Notes under the pieces: generated by a model
Seen by the model: the letters and a program-made list of their open reading frames with translations, nothing else
Told to the model about the DNA's origin: nothing
The model's database searches: none
In this document: piece after piece, positions 38,669 through 50,498 of the stretch
How the letters are laid out: every line of letters starts with the position of its first letter
Numbering within the stretch: position 1 is the first letter of the stretch
Assembly (NCBI RefSeq): GCF_030144855.1
Contig: NC_082710.1
Location: 153,202,001 to 153,266,000 of the forward strand
DNA length: 64,000 nt
DNA from: Hypanus sabinus
Taxonomy: Eukaryota
Reading direction: 5' to 3'
Position numbers and translations under genes: made by a program

Positions 38669-38689
38669 CCCCTTGATACTTCATCAGAC

Positions 38690-41165
38690 GATGTATGTAC
38701 AAAGGGACAATAGAATTGAGGCAGGTTTTTATGTGCTTCTTTGGCACAGGTATAATTGAAGCCTATTTGAGGTAGGTGGATATCACAGACTGGTGAAGCA
38801 AGAAGTTAAAGATATTGGTAAATGCTCCAGCCAGTTGATCAGCATAGATCTTTAGTACTCAGGCAGGTACCCCCATCTGGGCCAGATACTTGCTGTGGGT
38901 CCATCCTGATAAAGGATGTTCTCATGTTGACCTCAGAGACTGAAATCACAGGGTCATCAGGAGCTGTGAGTTTGTAAAGGTGCCTCCATGGTCAAGGCAA
39001 GCATAAAAGGCAATAAGCTTATCTGGCAGCAAGGCCTTGTTGTTACCTGTGTGGTTTGTTTTCACTTGTAGGAGGTAATAGCTTCCGAACCCTGCCACAC
39101 CTGTTGAGCATCCTTCACTGATTCAGGTTTGGTCTAGAATTGCCACTGTACATGTGAGATGGCTTACTGGAGATCATACCTAGATCTCTTTTATTTTATT
39201 TGGATGCCTGTCCTGAATGTCACTGATCTGGCCCTCATAAGATTGTGGATCTCATCCAGGGCTTCTGGTTGAGGAAGACTCTGAATGATTTTGTGGGGAC
39301 ACCCTTGTCTATAACTGTTTTTATAAAGCCTGATTTCCAAAAATGTTGTCTGAAGTTTTCTAATGCTGTCTAATGCTGTCTAAACTTCCTTATGGTAGTT
39401 TAGCAGTGGCTGAGTATGTTGGGACCCCTGGTGCTGCAGGTGATATGTTGATGTTAATTGGGCAGAAATTTCTTCATACCAGCCGAACTAAATTCCCCAG
39501 CAATGATCTGAAAGACATTGGGATAGGCTGTTTCTTATTTGCTGATAGCAGCATTCAGTTCATCAATTGCCTGCTTAACATTGGCTTTAACAGTATGTAA
39601 AGCCGCCTTTATCAACCTCTTTGCCCTGAAAGAACCCTTGAAATAATTTTCAGGTCTCAGGGAACCCCTGCATAAACATTATTATATCTATAGCTCACGG
39701 TACATTAGTATGATCAGTAAGTTGTAGATATAATCATCCAAAAATAGTTGTCAATGTTCCATTGAGTAAGCAATGAATTTTTAGCCAACCTTTCTTGGAA
39801 AAGAAACAGGTAGTTAAACTTAGTTTAGTTTTCTTGAAATTAAACTGTTTCTCATTCATAAATTTTAAAAACTTATAAGGCAAACATAGTAAGTTTCTGT
39901 TAAATAAAAGGCTTAAGCCAAAATGGGATTTAATTTTTCTAAAGGTAGGCTTGGTAGGTTTAATTTAAATAAAGATTGTAAATTGATTTTAGTTAATGCT
40001 ATTTACAACATGAAAATTTATTGACAATGTTGAATAGTAAAGTTACTAAAAACTATAAGCCAAAACAGTATGAATAAAATTATAACCTCAGACTCAATTT
40101 TATACAAGTTTTTTGAAAACACCTTTTCTTAGCAAGTGTCATGATCAGGCTCAGATATTGGCCTACCATGTGTTAAACTCTCTGCTTGTTGTTTGCCACA
40201 GACTAGGCACAGTAGATTAGGACAACTTTGATCCTCAGTCCATGTAAAACCTATTGATAAGCAGCTTTCATTGTAAAAACAGACTTTTTTGTGTCCGTGG
40301 TTGCACTAGTGCAGTGAAATGACTCGGATGGTTGTAACCTTGGCAGAATTGTCCATGGGCCTAGACCTAGAACCTTCTATCTCACACTTCCTCTTCAAAC
40401 AATCACCACATTGGACTACCTTTAGAATGAAAATTTCCCTCCAACTTTTGACTACAAACTGGTAGAGTGTGTTTGTTCCCATAAGTCAGTTGGTGGCACA
40501 TAAGGGGAAGTAATTTGGGAGGGAGAGGCTGATGTCACAACCCAGGTTGGGTGAATCCATTCAATGCTCGGAAAACACACTTCATGCTCCTCATCAGCCT
40601 ACCATCTTCCCCTCTGTGCAATATAGTGCTCACCAGTTGTCAACAGCCTTCCCTATCTCGCTGAGAATGGTCTCAACTAAATAAGCATGGCCCAAACGCA
40701 CACTGCTAATCTGGGCTAAGAGACATCTAATGAGATTACTAATGGAGCTGCTTGGTCACTGCCCACCACTCTTGAGTGCTGGCATCACGCCAATATGATT
40801 TTTTTTATTAATGACCTCGCAGAATCCCTAGCGATCTCTCGCAGAACCCCAGTTGAGAAACGCTGATGTAAACTGTGGTAAGGATCGGAGAAGAACTCTT
40901 TTGGCAAGTAGAACAGTTAGCACTTTATCATTAGATGTTCCATTTTGGGGGAGCAAGACTGCTGCATCCAAGCACCACAAAGAGTTTATCACTTAGCACA
41001 GACACCCACCTTCTGCCTTCGCCAAATCAGCAGTCTGGTCCATCCTATGTCTATCGAGCCCTCAGGTCTGATCATTGAATCCAGCATGTCTGGAATGAGC
41101 CATGTCTCCATGAAACACAGAATACAGAAAATCCTCAATTCCCTCTGATACAGCAATCTTGCCCT
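38690..41165 (-). mobile_element. Rex1/Babar-clade LINE (endonuclease to RT start), split by a hAT element
   Basis: CFMETWL near 41100; VKANVKQAIDELNAAISK...HQHITCSTRGPN at 39410-39600; RT start near 38750-38950. Confidence 0.85.
39603..40865. mobile_element. Non-autonomous hAT element
   Basis: Right end reads CAGCGTTTCTCAAC on the minus strand; degenerate left TIR ccgcctttatcaacct; TSD ATGTAAAG/ATGTAAAC (7 of 8). Confidence 0.8.
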
Positions 41166-41599
41166 TAGGTTCTCAACCTTTTTCTACAGCAACTGTACAT
41201 TTGCTAACAAGATACTCAGAGGAAGTTTCATGCCCTAGTGTTTTTGTTTGGTTGGAGTCCTCCCTTCCTCCCTCTCTTAAGGTCATGGTGATGTATCTTT
41301 GTCTGCTTACGGGACCTCTATGTACATTCTTAAGCCTGCCAAATCCTTCAGAAGATCATGAAATCCCTAGTTTATTAAGATGGTTCAAAAGTGCTTTACT
41401 TTAAGGGAAATTACAGGCTGCAGATTGCAGTGAGACTAGTTCAGTATATTTAGAGGTTTTGTAAGATGCTCTCAAAACGTTGAACTTGAGACATCAGTCA
41501 GGATTCTGTCCACAAGTTATCTATAGAAATTTACAAGAGGTTCTGGTGACATACCAAATCACTTCAAATGTCTAACAGAATAGAACAACTGGTATACCT

Positions 41600-42960
41600 T
41601 CTTCACAATTATATCAATGTGTTGGGCTCAGGATAGATCCTCCAAGATGTTGAGGCTCACAACTTTAAAACTGTTCACCCTCACACTACTACCCTTCAAT
41701 GAGGACTGGTGTGTGTTCTCCTGACTTCCCCATCATGAAGTTCTCAAAATCAATTTATAAATCTTGCTAAATAGAGTGTAAGAGTGTTGTGGTGACACCA
41801 TTCAACCAACCCAATATTTCACTCCTGTATGCCTCCTCAAGGACATCCAAAATTTACTAACAACAAAAAAATTATAGTGGGTGTTTGACCTGTGACCAGC
41901 CACAGTCATGACTGTAGAGCAATGAGCTGAGTATGTATCCTTGAAGATTGACAGTGTTCACTGTCAGCAAAGAAGAGATGTTATTATCTATCCATGCCAA
42001 CTATAGTCTGCTGGTGAGGAAGTCTAGTATCCAGTTGCAGAGGTAGGCACAGTGGTGAGGGTTTTGAACTCATTTATTAGTACAGAGAGGATGATGGTGT
42101 TGAAATTTGAGTTGTAGTTAATAAAACAGCAGCCTAACATATGTGCTGCTGTTTTCTAGGTGCTGCAAAACCAAAGCAAGAGCCGTTGAGACTGTGTCTG
42201 CTGTAAATCAGTTGGTGAATTGGCAGGAAGTCCAGATCCTCAGGAAGCAGTTAAATCTACCCATATCCAACCAAACATACATGGCCATCTCCCCTCTATC
42301 TTTCCAGTCTAAAGGTAACATTTGGCCTGAAAAGATGACTGTCCATTTCCTTCCATAGCTGCTGTCTGACCCTGTTCCTTTCCTCCAGTATTTTGTGTGT
42401 TGCTCCAGATTCACACAACGGTAGTCTCTTGTGTCTTTTCAGTTAACTAAAGAGGCAGGGACAGCATGAGATGAAGAGTCCTTGAAGGTTATTAAACTGC
42501 ATAGGTTATTAAACTGCTCACTGATGGGGTGAGTGAAATTATCCTCTCTGGTTCAAGAGTCTGATGGTTGTGGGTAACAACTCTGGACACTCCCGTACCT
42601 TCTTCCTGATAGCATGAGCAACAAGAGAGCATGTTCTAGGTGATGGGGGTCCTTGAGGATGCATGCTGCTTTTTTGCAACAGTACTCCATGTAGATGTGC
42701 TCAATGGTGGAGAATGCTTTACCCATGATGGACTGGACTGTATCCACTATTTTTGTAGGTTTTTCTATTCAGGGGCATTAGTGCTGCCATACCAGACCAT
42801 ACCCTCCACCACACATCTGTAGAAGTTGGTCGAAGTTTTAGGAGTCATGCCTACCCTTCGCAGACTTATAAGGAAGTAGAAATGCTGCCCTGCTTTCTTC
42901 GTAATGGCACTTACGTTCTGAGCCCAGGACATTTCTTGTTTAATGATAATATTGAGGAAA
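41600..42960 (-). mobile_element. Fragmented Rex1-like LINE pieces with an interspersed PLE tail (about 42290-42415)
   Basis: Degenerate RT C-terminal motifs (AFSTIEHIYMEYCCKKAACILKDPHH) and a PLE tail remnant. Confidence 0.65.
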
Positions 42961-42989
42961 TTAAAATTGCTATCTCCACCTCGGATTCT

Positions 42990-43745
42990 AGAAGAGTGGG
43001 CTAAAAGATGGCAGATGCATTGAAGAATGCAGTAGAATGGAGTGATCTAGGAATAATGGTGCATAGTTCCCTGAAGGTGGAATCTCATGTGGATAGGGTG
43101 GTGAAGAAAGCTTTTGGTATGCTGGCCTTTATAAATCAGACCATTGAATATAGGAGTTGGGATGTAATGTTAAAGTTGTACAAGGCATTGGTGAGGCCAA
43201 ATTTGTATTGTGTACAGCTCTGGTCACCGAATTATAGGAAAGATGTCAACAAAATAGAGTACAGAGGAGATTTACTAGAATGTTACCTGGGTTTCATTAC
43301 CTAAGTTACAGAGAAAGGTTGAACAAGTTAAGTGTTTATTCTTTGGAGAATAGAAGGTTGAGGGGGGACTTGATAGAGATATTTAGTATTATGAGGGGGA
43401 TAGATAGAGTTGATGTGGATAGGCTTTTTCCATTGAGAGTAGGAGAGATTCAGACAAGAAGACATGAGTTGACAGCTAAGGGGAAAATGTTTAGGGGTAA
43501 TATGAATGGGAACTTCTTTACTCAGAGAGTGGTAGCTGTGTGGAATGAGCCTCCAGTAGAAGTGGTAGAGGCAGGTTTGATTTTGTCATTTAAAAACAAA
43601 TTGGATAGATATATGGACAGGAAAGGAATGGAGGTTATGGGTTGAGTGCTGGTAGGTGGGACTAGGTGAGAGTAAGCGTTCGGCATGGACTAGAAGGGCC
43701 GAGATGTCCTGTTTCTGTGCTGTAATTGTTATATGGTTATGGTTA
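42990..43745 (+). mobile_element. CR1 LINE 3' fragment
   Basis: VVKKAFGMLAFINQTIEYRS, LRGDLIEIFSIMRG; (TTATGG)n tail. Confidence 0.92.
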
Positions 43746-44869
43746 TAAATCTATAGTTATATGATTCCCCAACGATGACTGGCTCATGCACCTCCACAGT
43801 CTTCTCCCCCTCAAGTCAATAATCAGCTCCTTGGTCTTGCTGACATTGAGTGAGAGTTTGTTGTTGTGGCACCACTCAGCCAGATTTCCAATCTTCCTCC
43901 TGGATAGCTGATTCATCACCACCCTTGAATCAGCCAATGACAGTGGTGTCAGCAGCAAGCATGAATATGATTGGAAATTTGGGAACAGTTCAAGTGCTAC
44001 ATAATGAGATTAATATAGACAGGCACACTGGTCAACATAGACACAGAGGGCCGAGTGGCCTGTTCCCATGCTGTGTGACTCCAACATCCCACCCTACTCC
44101 ACCTTCTCTGCCTTTAACTTGTTTCTTTCTCTCTTTTCACATTGCACTGAAGGATCTGAGGCCCAAAACATTATGGTGTTTCTCTCTCCACAGACACCAG
44201 CTCACCTACTGGATGTTTACAAAATTTTCTGTTTTTATTTCATATAGTTTCATTGCTTTTCCCACACAAAAGTCACAGGTTCGTGGACAAAACAAACAGT
44301 TGGAGTAGCAAGGGAGCACCTGAAGGAAAGGAATGACACAGGAGAGCAGTCACATCTCATCTCTTTCACCCATGGGTTGTATTAGCATTTGCAACAAATC
44401 TAGTAAAAATATTTACAACACATACAATATTACAAAGGCATGGGCCATAATGGTAACCCAGACAATCCACAATAAAATTAGCGTTTAGATTTACAGGTTT
44501 TTTGCAGCTCAAACCTGACATAACAATGTTCTTTTTCAATCTTTTTCACTCTTGTTCAATTTTCAAATCAGTTCAATCTAGTTGAGCTTGGCCCGGTTGA
44601 TCCTAAAAGAGCTGACTTGCCTACACTACTGCCACGCTTCTCATGCTAAACTCAAGCAAGTGAAGTCACATGCTTTCTTTCAGCCAATTCCAGACAAAAT
44701 TGTAGGAGTCACGGAGTCAGCACCAAGATAAGGACATGTTCAGCACAGCATTGTGGGCCGAAGGGCCTGTATTGTGCCGTAGGCACAATATGGATGACAG
44801 GAAGTGAACTCTGGATAAAATGTCAGAACAATGAACTCAGAGCCATTTGGTCAGTCAAATGACCATATC

Positions 44870-45190
44870 CTGAGATATCAGGGGATGGAGTCACTTGGCA
44901 CTGTCTGTATGCAGGTTGCACAGTCTTCCTGTGACTGGCTGAGTTTCCACTGGATGCTCCAGTTTTCCTCCACATCTTGAAGATATCTGGTTTTTTGGCC
45001 AGAATAAATTGTCTCCAGTGCAAGTTGCAGGAGTGTGGGAAGAATAAAAAAAATTGGAACTCACATTGGTGTGAGTGGTGGAATCCGGGGTAGTTGATGG
45101 GAATATGGGAGAGTATCGAGGGGATTGTTGTGTAAATGGGCACATAGTGGTTGATGTGGACTCAGTGGGCTTCCATGTTTTGAGCCTCTA
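44870..45190 (+). mobile_element. V-SINE (HE1-like), degenerate
   Basis: V-domain-like gtctgtatgcaggttgcacagtcttcctgtgac...ctccagttttcctccacatc followed by a CR1-like tail. Confidence 0.6.
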
Positions 45191-45351
45191 TGATCTCAAT
45201 TGGACACTTCTGACTTTTGAACATAAAAGGTAAGCAAATAGTGAATCTAATTTAGATTTAATCTTTGTATACTGTAATTCATTCCCCTTCCTGATTACAC
45301 ACTGCGAGTCAACCAGTGCAATTTAAGCAGAGTCTCTGATCAGACACTTCA

Positions 45352-45434
45352 TTACACAAGCATTTTTCCATTCTCACTACTGCAATTTCCTTCTTGTCTT
45401 GGCATCATTTGCGCTGATTGTTCGCTACCAGAAT
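45352..45434 (-). CDS. MHC class I exon 7 (terminal cytoplasmic coding part)
   Basis: Acceptor gactttctgttatag|AT, phase 1; (D)SGSEQSAQMMPRQEGNCSSENGKMLV then TAA. The joined CDS with a corrected leader is 1089 nt (362 aa). A possible ATTAAA polyA signal lies at 45257-45262. Confidence 0.72.
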
Positions 45435-46192
45435 CTATAACAGAAAGTCACAAGATGAGTGAAGATTCTGGACAAAAGTTATAATAAAACAACTCTTGAT
45501 GGTAAGAAATAATCCGAAATAACGTCCTCACATTACGCATACACACAAAGTCTACACAGGGCCACTGTCCCACAAGAAGGGTAGGGCTTGGAGGGATTAG
45601 GCTGATGGCATGAAATTGCAGCTAGATGAGTGGGCACCGTGCTTGCATGGACACAATGGGACAAAGGCCCTATATCCATGCTGAATTACCTTGTGATTCT
45701 AAACGAAGTGTTTATCCTGGTCCCTGTGCATTAAAACCATGTTATTTGCCTCAGTGTTCATAAGCTGTGTACATAGATCTACTGATGCCTCTGGACACAT
45801 TGTCAGTGATGTTCCTGGAATCATTGGGTGTTTCAGGTCTTTCAACATCATATACCCTCCTCCAGGTGACCCAGCTGAGGCTGATCAGACCTCAGCTTGT
45901 GTCCAAATGGCTAGCTACTTATGACTTCATGGCTCCCCTCTTTTGAGCCACGATTTGTTCCTGTGGGATTTGAGAATGAAACTAGCAATATCTCCCTTGA
46001 GTGTGGTATTTCAGACACGGAAGTAGGGGATGATCTCAATGCAAAGACTGTAATGTTTCCAGTCATTCCACATGCGGTATAGAGCTGGCAGGAAAAGTAA
46101 CGAGATGGAATCATGAATCATATACAATGGGATGCCACATCCACGCTGGCAAAACCCTACATAGTACAGCATATTGGCATTTTGATACTGAC

Positions 46193-46219
46193 CTGATTTA
46201 GATATAGACCCCTTGGATC
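46193..46219 (-). CDS. MHC class I exon 6 (cytoplasmic mini-exon)
   Basis: 27 bp, acceptor catctttctttgtttag|GA, donor TCAG|GTCAGT, phase 1/1; encodes (G)SKGSISKS, Ser-rich as class I tails usually are. Confidence 0.75.
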
Positions 46220-46439
46220 CTAAACAAAGAAAGATGCACACGTTAGCTGTTGAGAAATGCCACCAACAAAACTTGTTGGCTTGTTTTGAACTTCTTAAAA
46301 CATTTTCATTTAAAAGTGACCAAAGATAGCTCAACAACAATGGCACATGAATGTGGGATGGTTTGAGAAATGTCTTTGGTCAGTTTATGAAAAGGCATCC
46401 TTGAGGACTAATCACATCCAGAACAGATGGTCAGAGGAT

Positions 46440-46700
46440 AAGGGAGGCTGGAGGTGAGAGGGAGCTCCGGGCTGGGGGTGAGAGGGAGCACCGGGCTGCC
46501 TGACAGGGGTGAGAGGGAACACTGGGCCACTGGACAGGGGCCAGAGGGAGCACTGGGCCATCAGACTGGAGCAAGAGCAAGAGCCAGTACTGGGCCCCCG
46601 GACGGGGACGAGAGCAAGAGCCAGCACTGGGCCCCCGGATGGGGGCAAGAGCGAGAGGCAACACCAGACTGCCAGACAGGGGAAAGGAGGAGTGCTGCAC
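46440..46700. repeat. Short diverged GC-rich tandem repeat (~27-33 bp units) in intron 5
   Basis: Recurring gagagggagcac(c/t)gggc and agagcaagagccag(t/c)actgggcccccgga units. Confidence 0.75.
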
Positions 46701-47519
46701 AACACTATCTTGCAATAAGGTTATAAGACTGAACACAGATCTCCCGGCCACTTGTTGCTTCTTTAGGCTGAAAGGCACAATGTCTACATGTACATAGACT
46801 GTGTGTGGGTGCAATCCCAATTCAAATACAGTGTCTCAGGGAGCATCTCCTCGCCCTCTGGCTGGATTTTAGCTCCACCCTCTTTATATTTGGTCAGCTA
46901 GTGCAGGGGGACACGGGACAGGAAGAGGATGCCTGGTTAACTTGTTCCTTGGGTTGGCCAAGTTAACTATCACTGGATCCTGCAGGTAGATAGCTGAGGG
47001 CTCCACCCAGACTGACTGCCTGGCGATCCACCAAGGGTACATTCACACCCAGTTATCCATGCAGAAATAAGATACATTGCACAGAAGGCACCATATAGTT
47101 AGTCCAGAAACATACAAGGTATGTCCCCACAGGACATACACTGCATCCTAGATGAGCGTATGAATATTTTAATTCAGTTGATCTTCATCAGTTGTTCTTG
47201 TTTAGTGTTTTGTTGCAGAGATGTAGTACTTGAAATACATTTCTTTTTTAAAGAAAATGAGGACGTGCTGCTAGACAAGGAAATGAGAGAGTGCTTGATG
47301 GTTAGTGTGGATTTGGAGAATGAGTGGCCTGTCCCTCGTGACAGACTATGGATCATCATCTCTGCAGAACTTCCATACAGTTCTGCAGCCTACAATTTCA
47401 CTGGTGTCATCTCAGCACATAGGCCAAGAGGTGCTTCGGGTGAATCAAACCATGCACCAACTGTGAGCGACCCATTCATGAGCTTGGCATGAAAACGGAA
47501 GTACAGCACTCAGTCTTAC

Positions 47520-47630
47520 CTCTGCATGAGCGTCTGTTGTATATCAACCAGATGCCAGCTCCCAGAGCAGTGATAACTATCGGCAGTAGGATAAGGACAA
47601 TCAGCAATGTAGATACTCCACTGCCTGGCT
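47520..47630 (-). CDS. MHC class I exon 5 (connecting peptide and transmembrane)
   Basis: 111 bp, acceptor ttctctccttgcttcattag|AG, donor AGAG|GTAAGA, phase 1/1; PGSGVSTLLIVLILLPIVITALGAGIWLIYNRRSCR (hydrophobic span followed by basic stop-transfer residues). Not in the ORF track. Confidence 0.92.
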
Positions 47631-47829
47631 CTAATGAAGCAAGGAGAGAATTGTTACCAGATTGCTGTGCTGTGTCTTAGTCCACCTGCACTCTTCCCAT
47701 GCCTTACACTAGGCTCCCCCTATTCCTTACAAACAGTAGAATAATTGCAGCATAGATGAAGGCCATTCCATATCAGCTCAAAGGAAGGACATTCTGGCCA
47801 GTCCCTTGCCGCACAGACTGTGAGGACAG

Positions 47830-48420
47830 GTTTGAATGAAAGTGCAAAGTAAATTTATTATCAGAGTATATATATTCTACCTGGAGACACCATACACTAC
47901 ATTGAGATTCAATTCCCTGCAGGCATTCACAGTAATACAGTAGAATCAATGAAAAGCTACACACAAAGCCTAGCAAACAACCAACGTACAAAGAAGGCAA
48001 CAGTAAAAGTAAAAAAGTAAGTAAAGAATAATGAGAACATGAGTTGTACAGTCCTTGGAAGTGAGAGCATAGGTTGTAGAAATAGTTCAGAGTTCGGGTG
48101 AATGAAGTGAACCATGCTGGTTCAATAGCCTGATGGGAATAACTGTTTCTGTTCCTGTTGGTTTGGGACCTATAGCTCCTACACCTCCTCCCCAATGGCA
48201 GTGGAGAGAAGAGAATATGACCTGAATGGTGGAAGGGGGTGGTGGAGGAGGGGGGGGGGGGGTGGTCCTTGATTATAGATGCTGCTTTCTTGTGGAAGCT
48301 CTCCTTGTAGATGTGCACAATGGTGGAAAGGGCTTTGTCTACGATAGACTGTGATATTTCTGGTGCTGTTGGAAACCAGCTCCATCATCAGTACCACTGT
48401 GCCTTCCCTTGCGAGCCTGG
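47830..48420 (-). mobile_element. Rex1-like LINE 3' end
   Basis: HKKAASIIKDH...HILFSPLPLGRR and a tail with aataaatttactttg-type end. Confidence 0.7.
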
Positions 48421-48861
48421 TGTCTAGCAGTTCAGGGACATCTTTGAACATGTCACAAGAAGCAACCTACCATCCTGATCTCCACATCTGCCCACATATA
48501 CCAGGCCCCTGACCTTACTACCCAGTCTCAGTCCGGCTGTGGTCTTGGCACTTGAAAACTCCTGGTAGATGGTTGAGAGCTTCAAATTCCTCAGTGCAAA
48601 CATCTCCAACAATCTGGCCAGGTCCAGGTACGTTACCATCACAGCCGAGAAAACTCACCTGTGCCTCTGCATCTCAAAGTTTAAAAAAGTTCAAAGCAAA
48701 TTTATTATTAAAGTCATATATGTCACCATATACCACCCTGAGATTCATTTTCTTACATACATTAACAGCATGTACAAAGAAACATAACTGAATCAATGAA
48801 AAACTGCAGACAAATTGGACAAAGAAAATAAAACAAAACATTAATAATAATAATAAATAAC

Positions 48862-49618
48862 ACTGGACAACAAAGATTTTGCTTCCTGAATACTTTTGGG
48901 TGTATCTTATGGATTTCAGACTGCTGATTGTGAAAATCATCATGAAATATCCCTATGACACACCATTTTTTTGATATCGCCTATATTTGTTATTTCAATT
49001 CTCAATCCAAGTCAGAATAACTAAGGCCCAGATTAAGGAATGAATTTCTGTTGGCCTACAAATCAAACAGGTCATCAATGACAGGAAATTCAAAGAACTT
49101 CAGTGGAACTGGAGAAAATCGTATGGAAGGCATTCAAGAATGCTGCTGAAATTTTTCTTGGGAACTACAGAGCAACAAACTATGTGCGGATGGTTAACAA
49201 CATGTTTCAAGCAGATGAAACCATGAAGTGCAACATGTCACTAAAGATTCACTTCCTGCATTCCCATTTAGACTTCTTCCCAGCAAATCTTGGCACTGTC
49301 AGTGTGGAGCATGTTGAAAGGTTTCAGTAGGACATTGTGGACATCGAGAAATTGTATCAGGGAACTGGAATCCATGAATGGTGGCTGATTATTGCTGGAC
49401 ACTTAAGCACGAAGCCTCAGACACTGAGATCACATGAAAATCATCAACAAACTGAACTACTGCAAAGTGACAGCACAGTTATGCAATTTAACATATTACC
49501 ATCAATAAAAGTTAATTTCCAGTTTCTCCAAATTCCTCTGTGATACAAATAGTCTGAAACGGTATTTGTGTTTAGCTTCAAGCATAAACAAAAACAAAAT
49601 TCTGAGGAAGCAACACTT
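48862..49618 (+). mobile_element. Chapaev3-like (CMC) DNA transposon remnant
   Basis: CNMSLKIHFLHSHLDFFPANLG.VS.EH.ERF motif; starts CACTGGACAACAAAG; partial matching right end attc..aggaagcaa. Family assignment is from a recalled motif. Confidence 0.7.
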
Positions 49619-50498
49619 ACGAAAAAATAAATAAGCATCTCAGAGACAAAGGAAATTTAGCATGTCCCCATTGACCCTCACCAATTTTTAATTGATGCAC
49701 CATATCAGGATACATCAGAGCTTTTTTTGGCAACTTGACTACCCAAGACCACAAGAAACTGCAGAGTTGTGAATAGAACCCAGCCTCAACTCCGTTGACT
49801 CTGTCCACACTTTCTGCTGCCTCAGGAAAGCAGGCAACATAAGCAAGGACCCATCCCACACCAGTCAGTTTTCTCTTCTCCCCCTCCTACCCAGGTATTT
49901 TCCGTTATCCCTCCTCCCACTGAACAGAAGATATAAAAGCCTGAGAGCATATATAACCAGGATCCAGGATAGCTTCTATCAGATCCTTGAAAAGCAGTCC
50001 TCTTTTATGCTTGAAGACAGAACCTTGACCTCACAATCCACAGCAACGTCGCCGTTGCATCATACTGGCTACCTGCACTGCACTTTCTATGTTACTCAAC
50101 CCTATATTCAACATTGTTTTCTTTTTACTACCTTGATGTGCTTATGTACAGAATGATCTTTCTGAAGGGTGCACAAACTAAATGGTTTTCACTATATTTT
50201 GGTACATGAACAAGTAATCAGAGGGCGATCTTCTTCACTCAGAGGCGAATGTGGAATGAGCTGCCAGGGGAAGTGGTAGATGGAGGTTCAATTGTAACAT
50301 TTGAAAGCTTAGATAGGTAGATAGGACTTGGCGGAAGAGTAAGCTGGCATGGACAAGCCAGGCTGAATGGCCTGTTTCTGCCCAGTAATGCTCTATGATT
50401 CAATATGACAGTAATAAACCAGTATAAATACTGATATCTTACACCCCACAACACCTTCTCCACCCTTTCACCACATGATTTACTCATCCATGACTTAC

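Larger units (their letters stand above)
24268..38680 (-). mobile_element. Penelope-like element 3' part, host of the hAT insertion and the minisatellite
   Basis: PLE tail and GIY-YIG region at 24268-25015 and 26602-26700; PLE-like ggaatgaagtgcttggtggtggggtcccc closes the array near 38643-38672. Confidence 0.75.

Noticed and set aside
35784-38747. 987-aa Pro/His/Thr-rich ORF, and the Gly/Val/Met-rich ORFs on the plus strand of the array
   Set aside because: These are translations of the minisatellite. The C-rich strand rarely contains stop codons, and variable G-run lengths shuffle the frames.
41165-41185. Isolated ggttctcaacct resembling a SPIN-type TIR
   Set aside because: No partner TIR or TSD found; too short to support an element.
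44410-44485. Hydrophobic minus-strand stretch (LILLWIVWVTIMAHAFVILYVL) as the TM exon
   Set aside because: Flanked by in-frame stops with no splice sites; a proper TM exon exists at 47520-47630.
47121-47680. Plus-strand ORFs (123 aa and 63 aa) as a separate gene or DIRS fragment
   Set aside because: No convincing motif; they are antisense to the class I TM exon and intron 5.
47680-47820. Candidate exon after the acceptor cctgtcctcacag
   Set aside because: All three frames contain stops before a usable donor.
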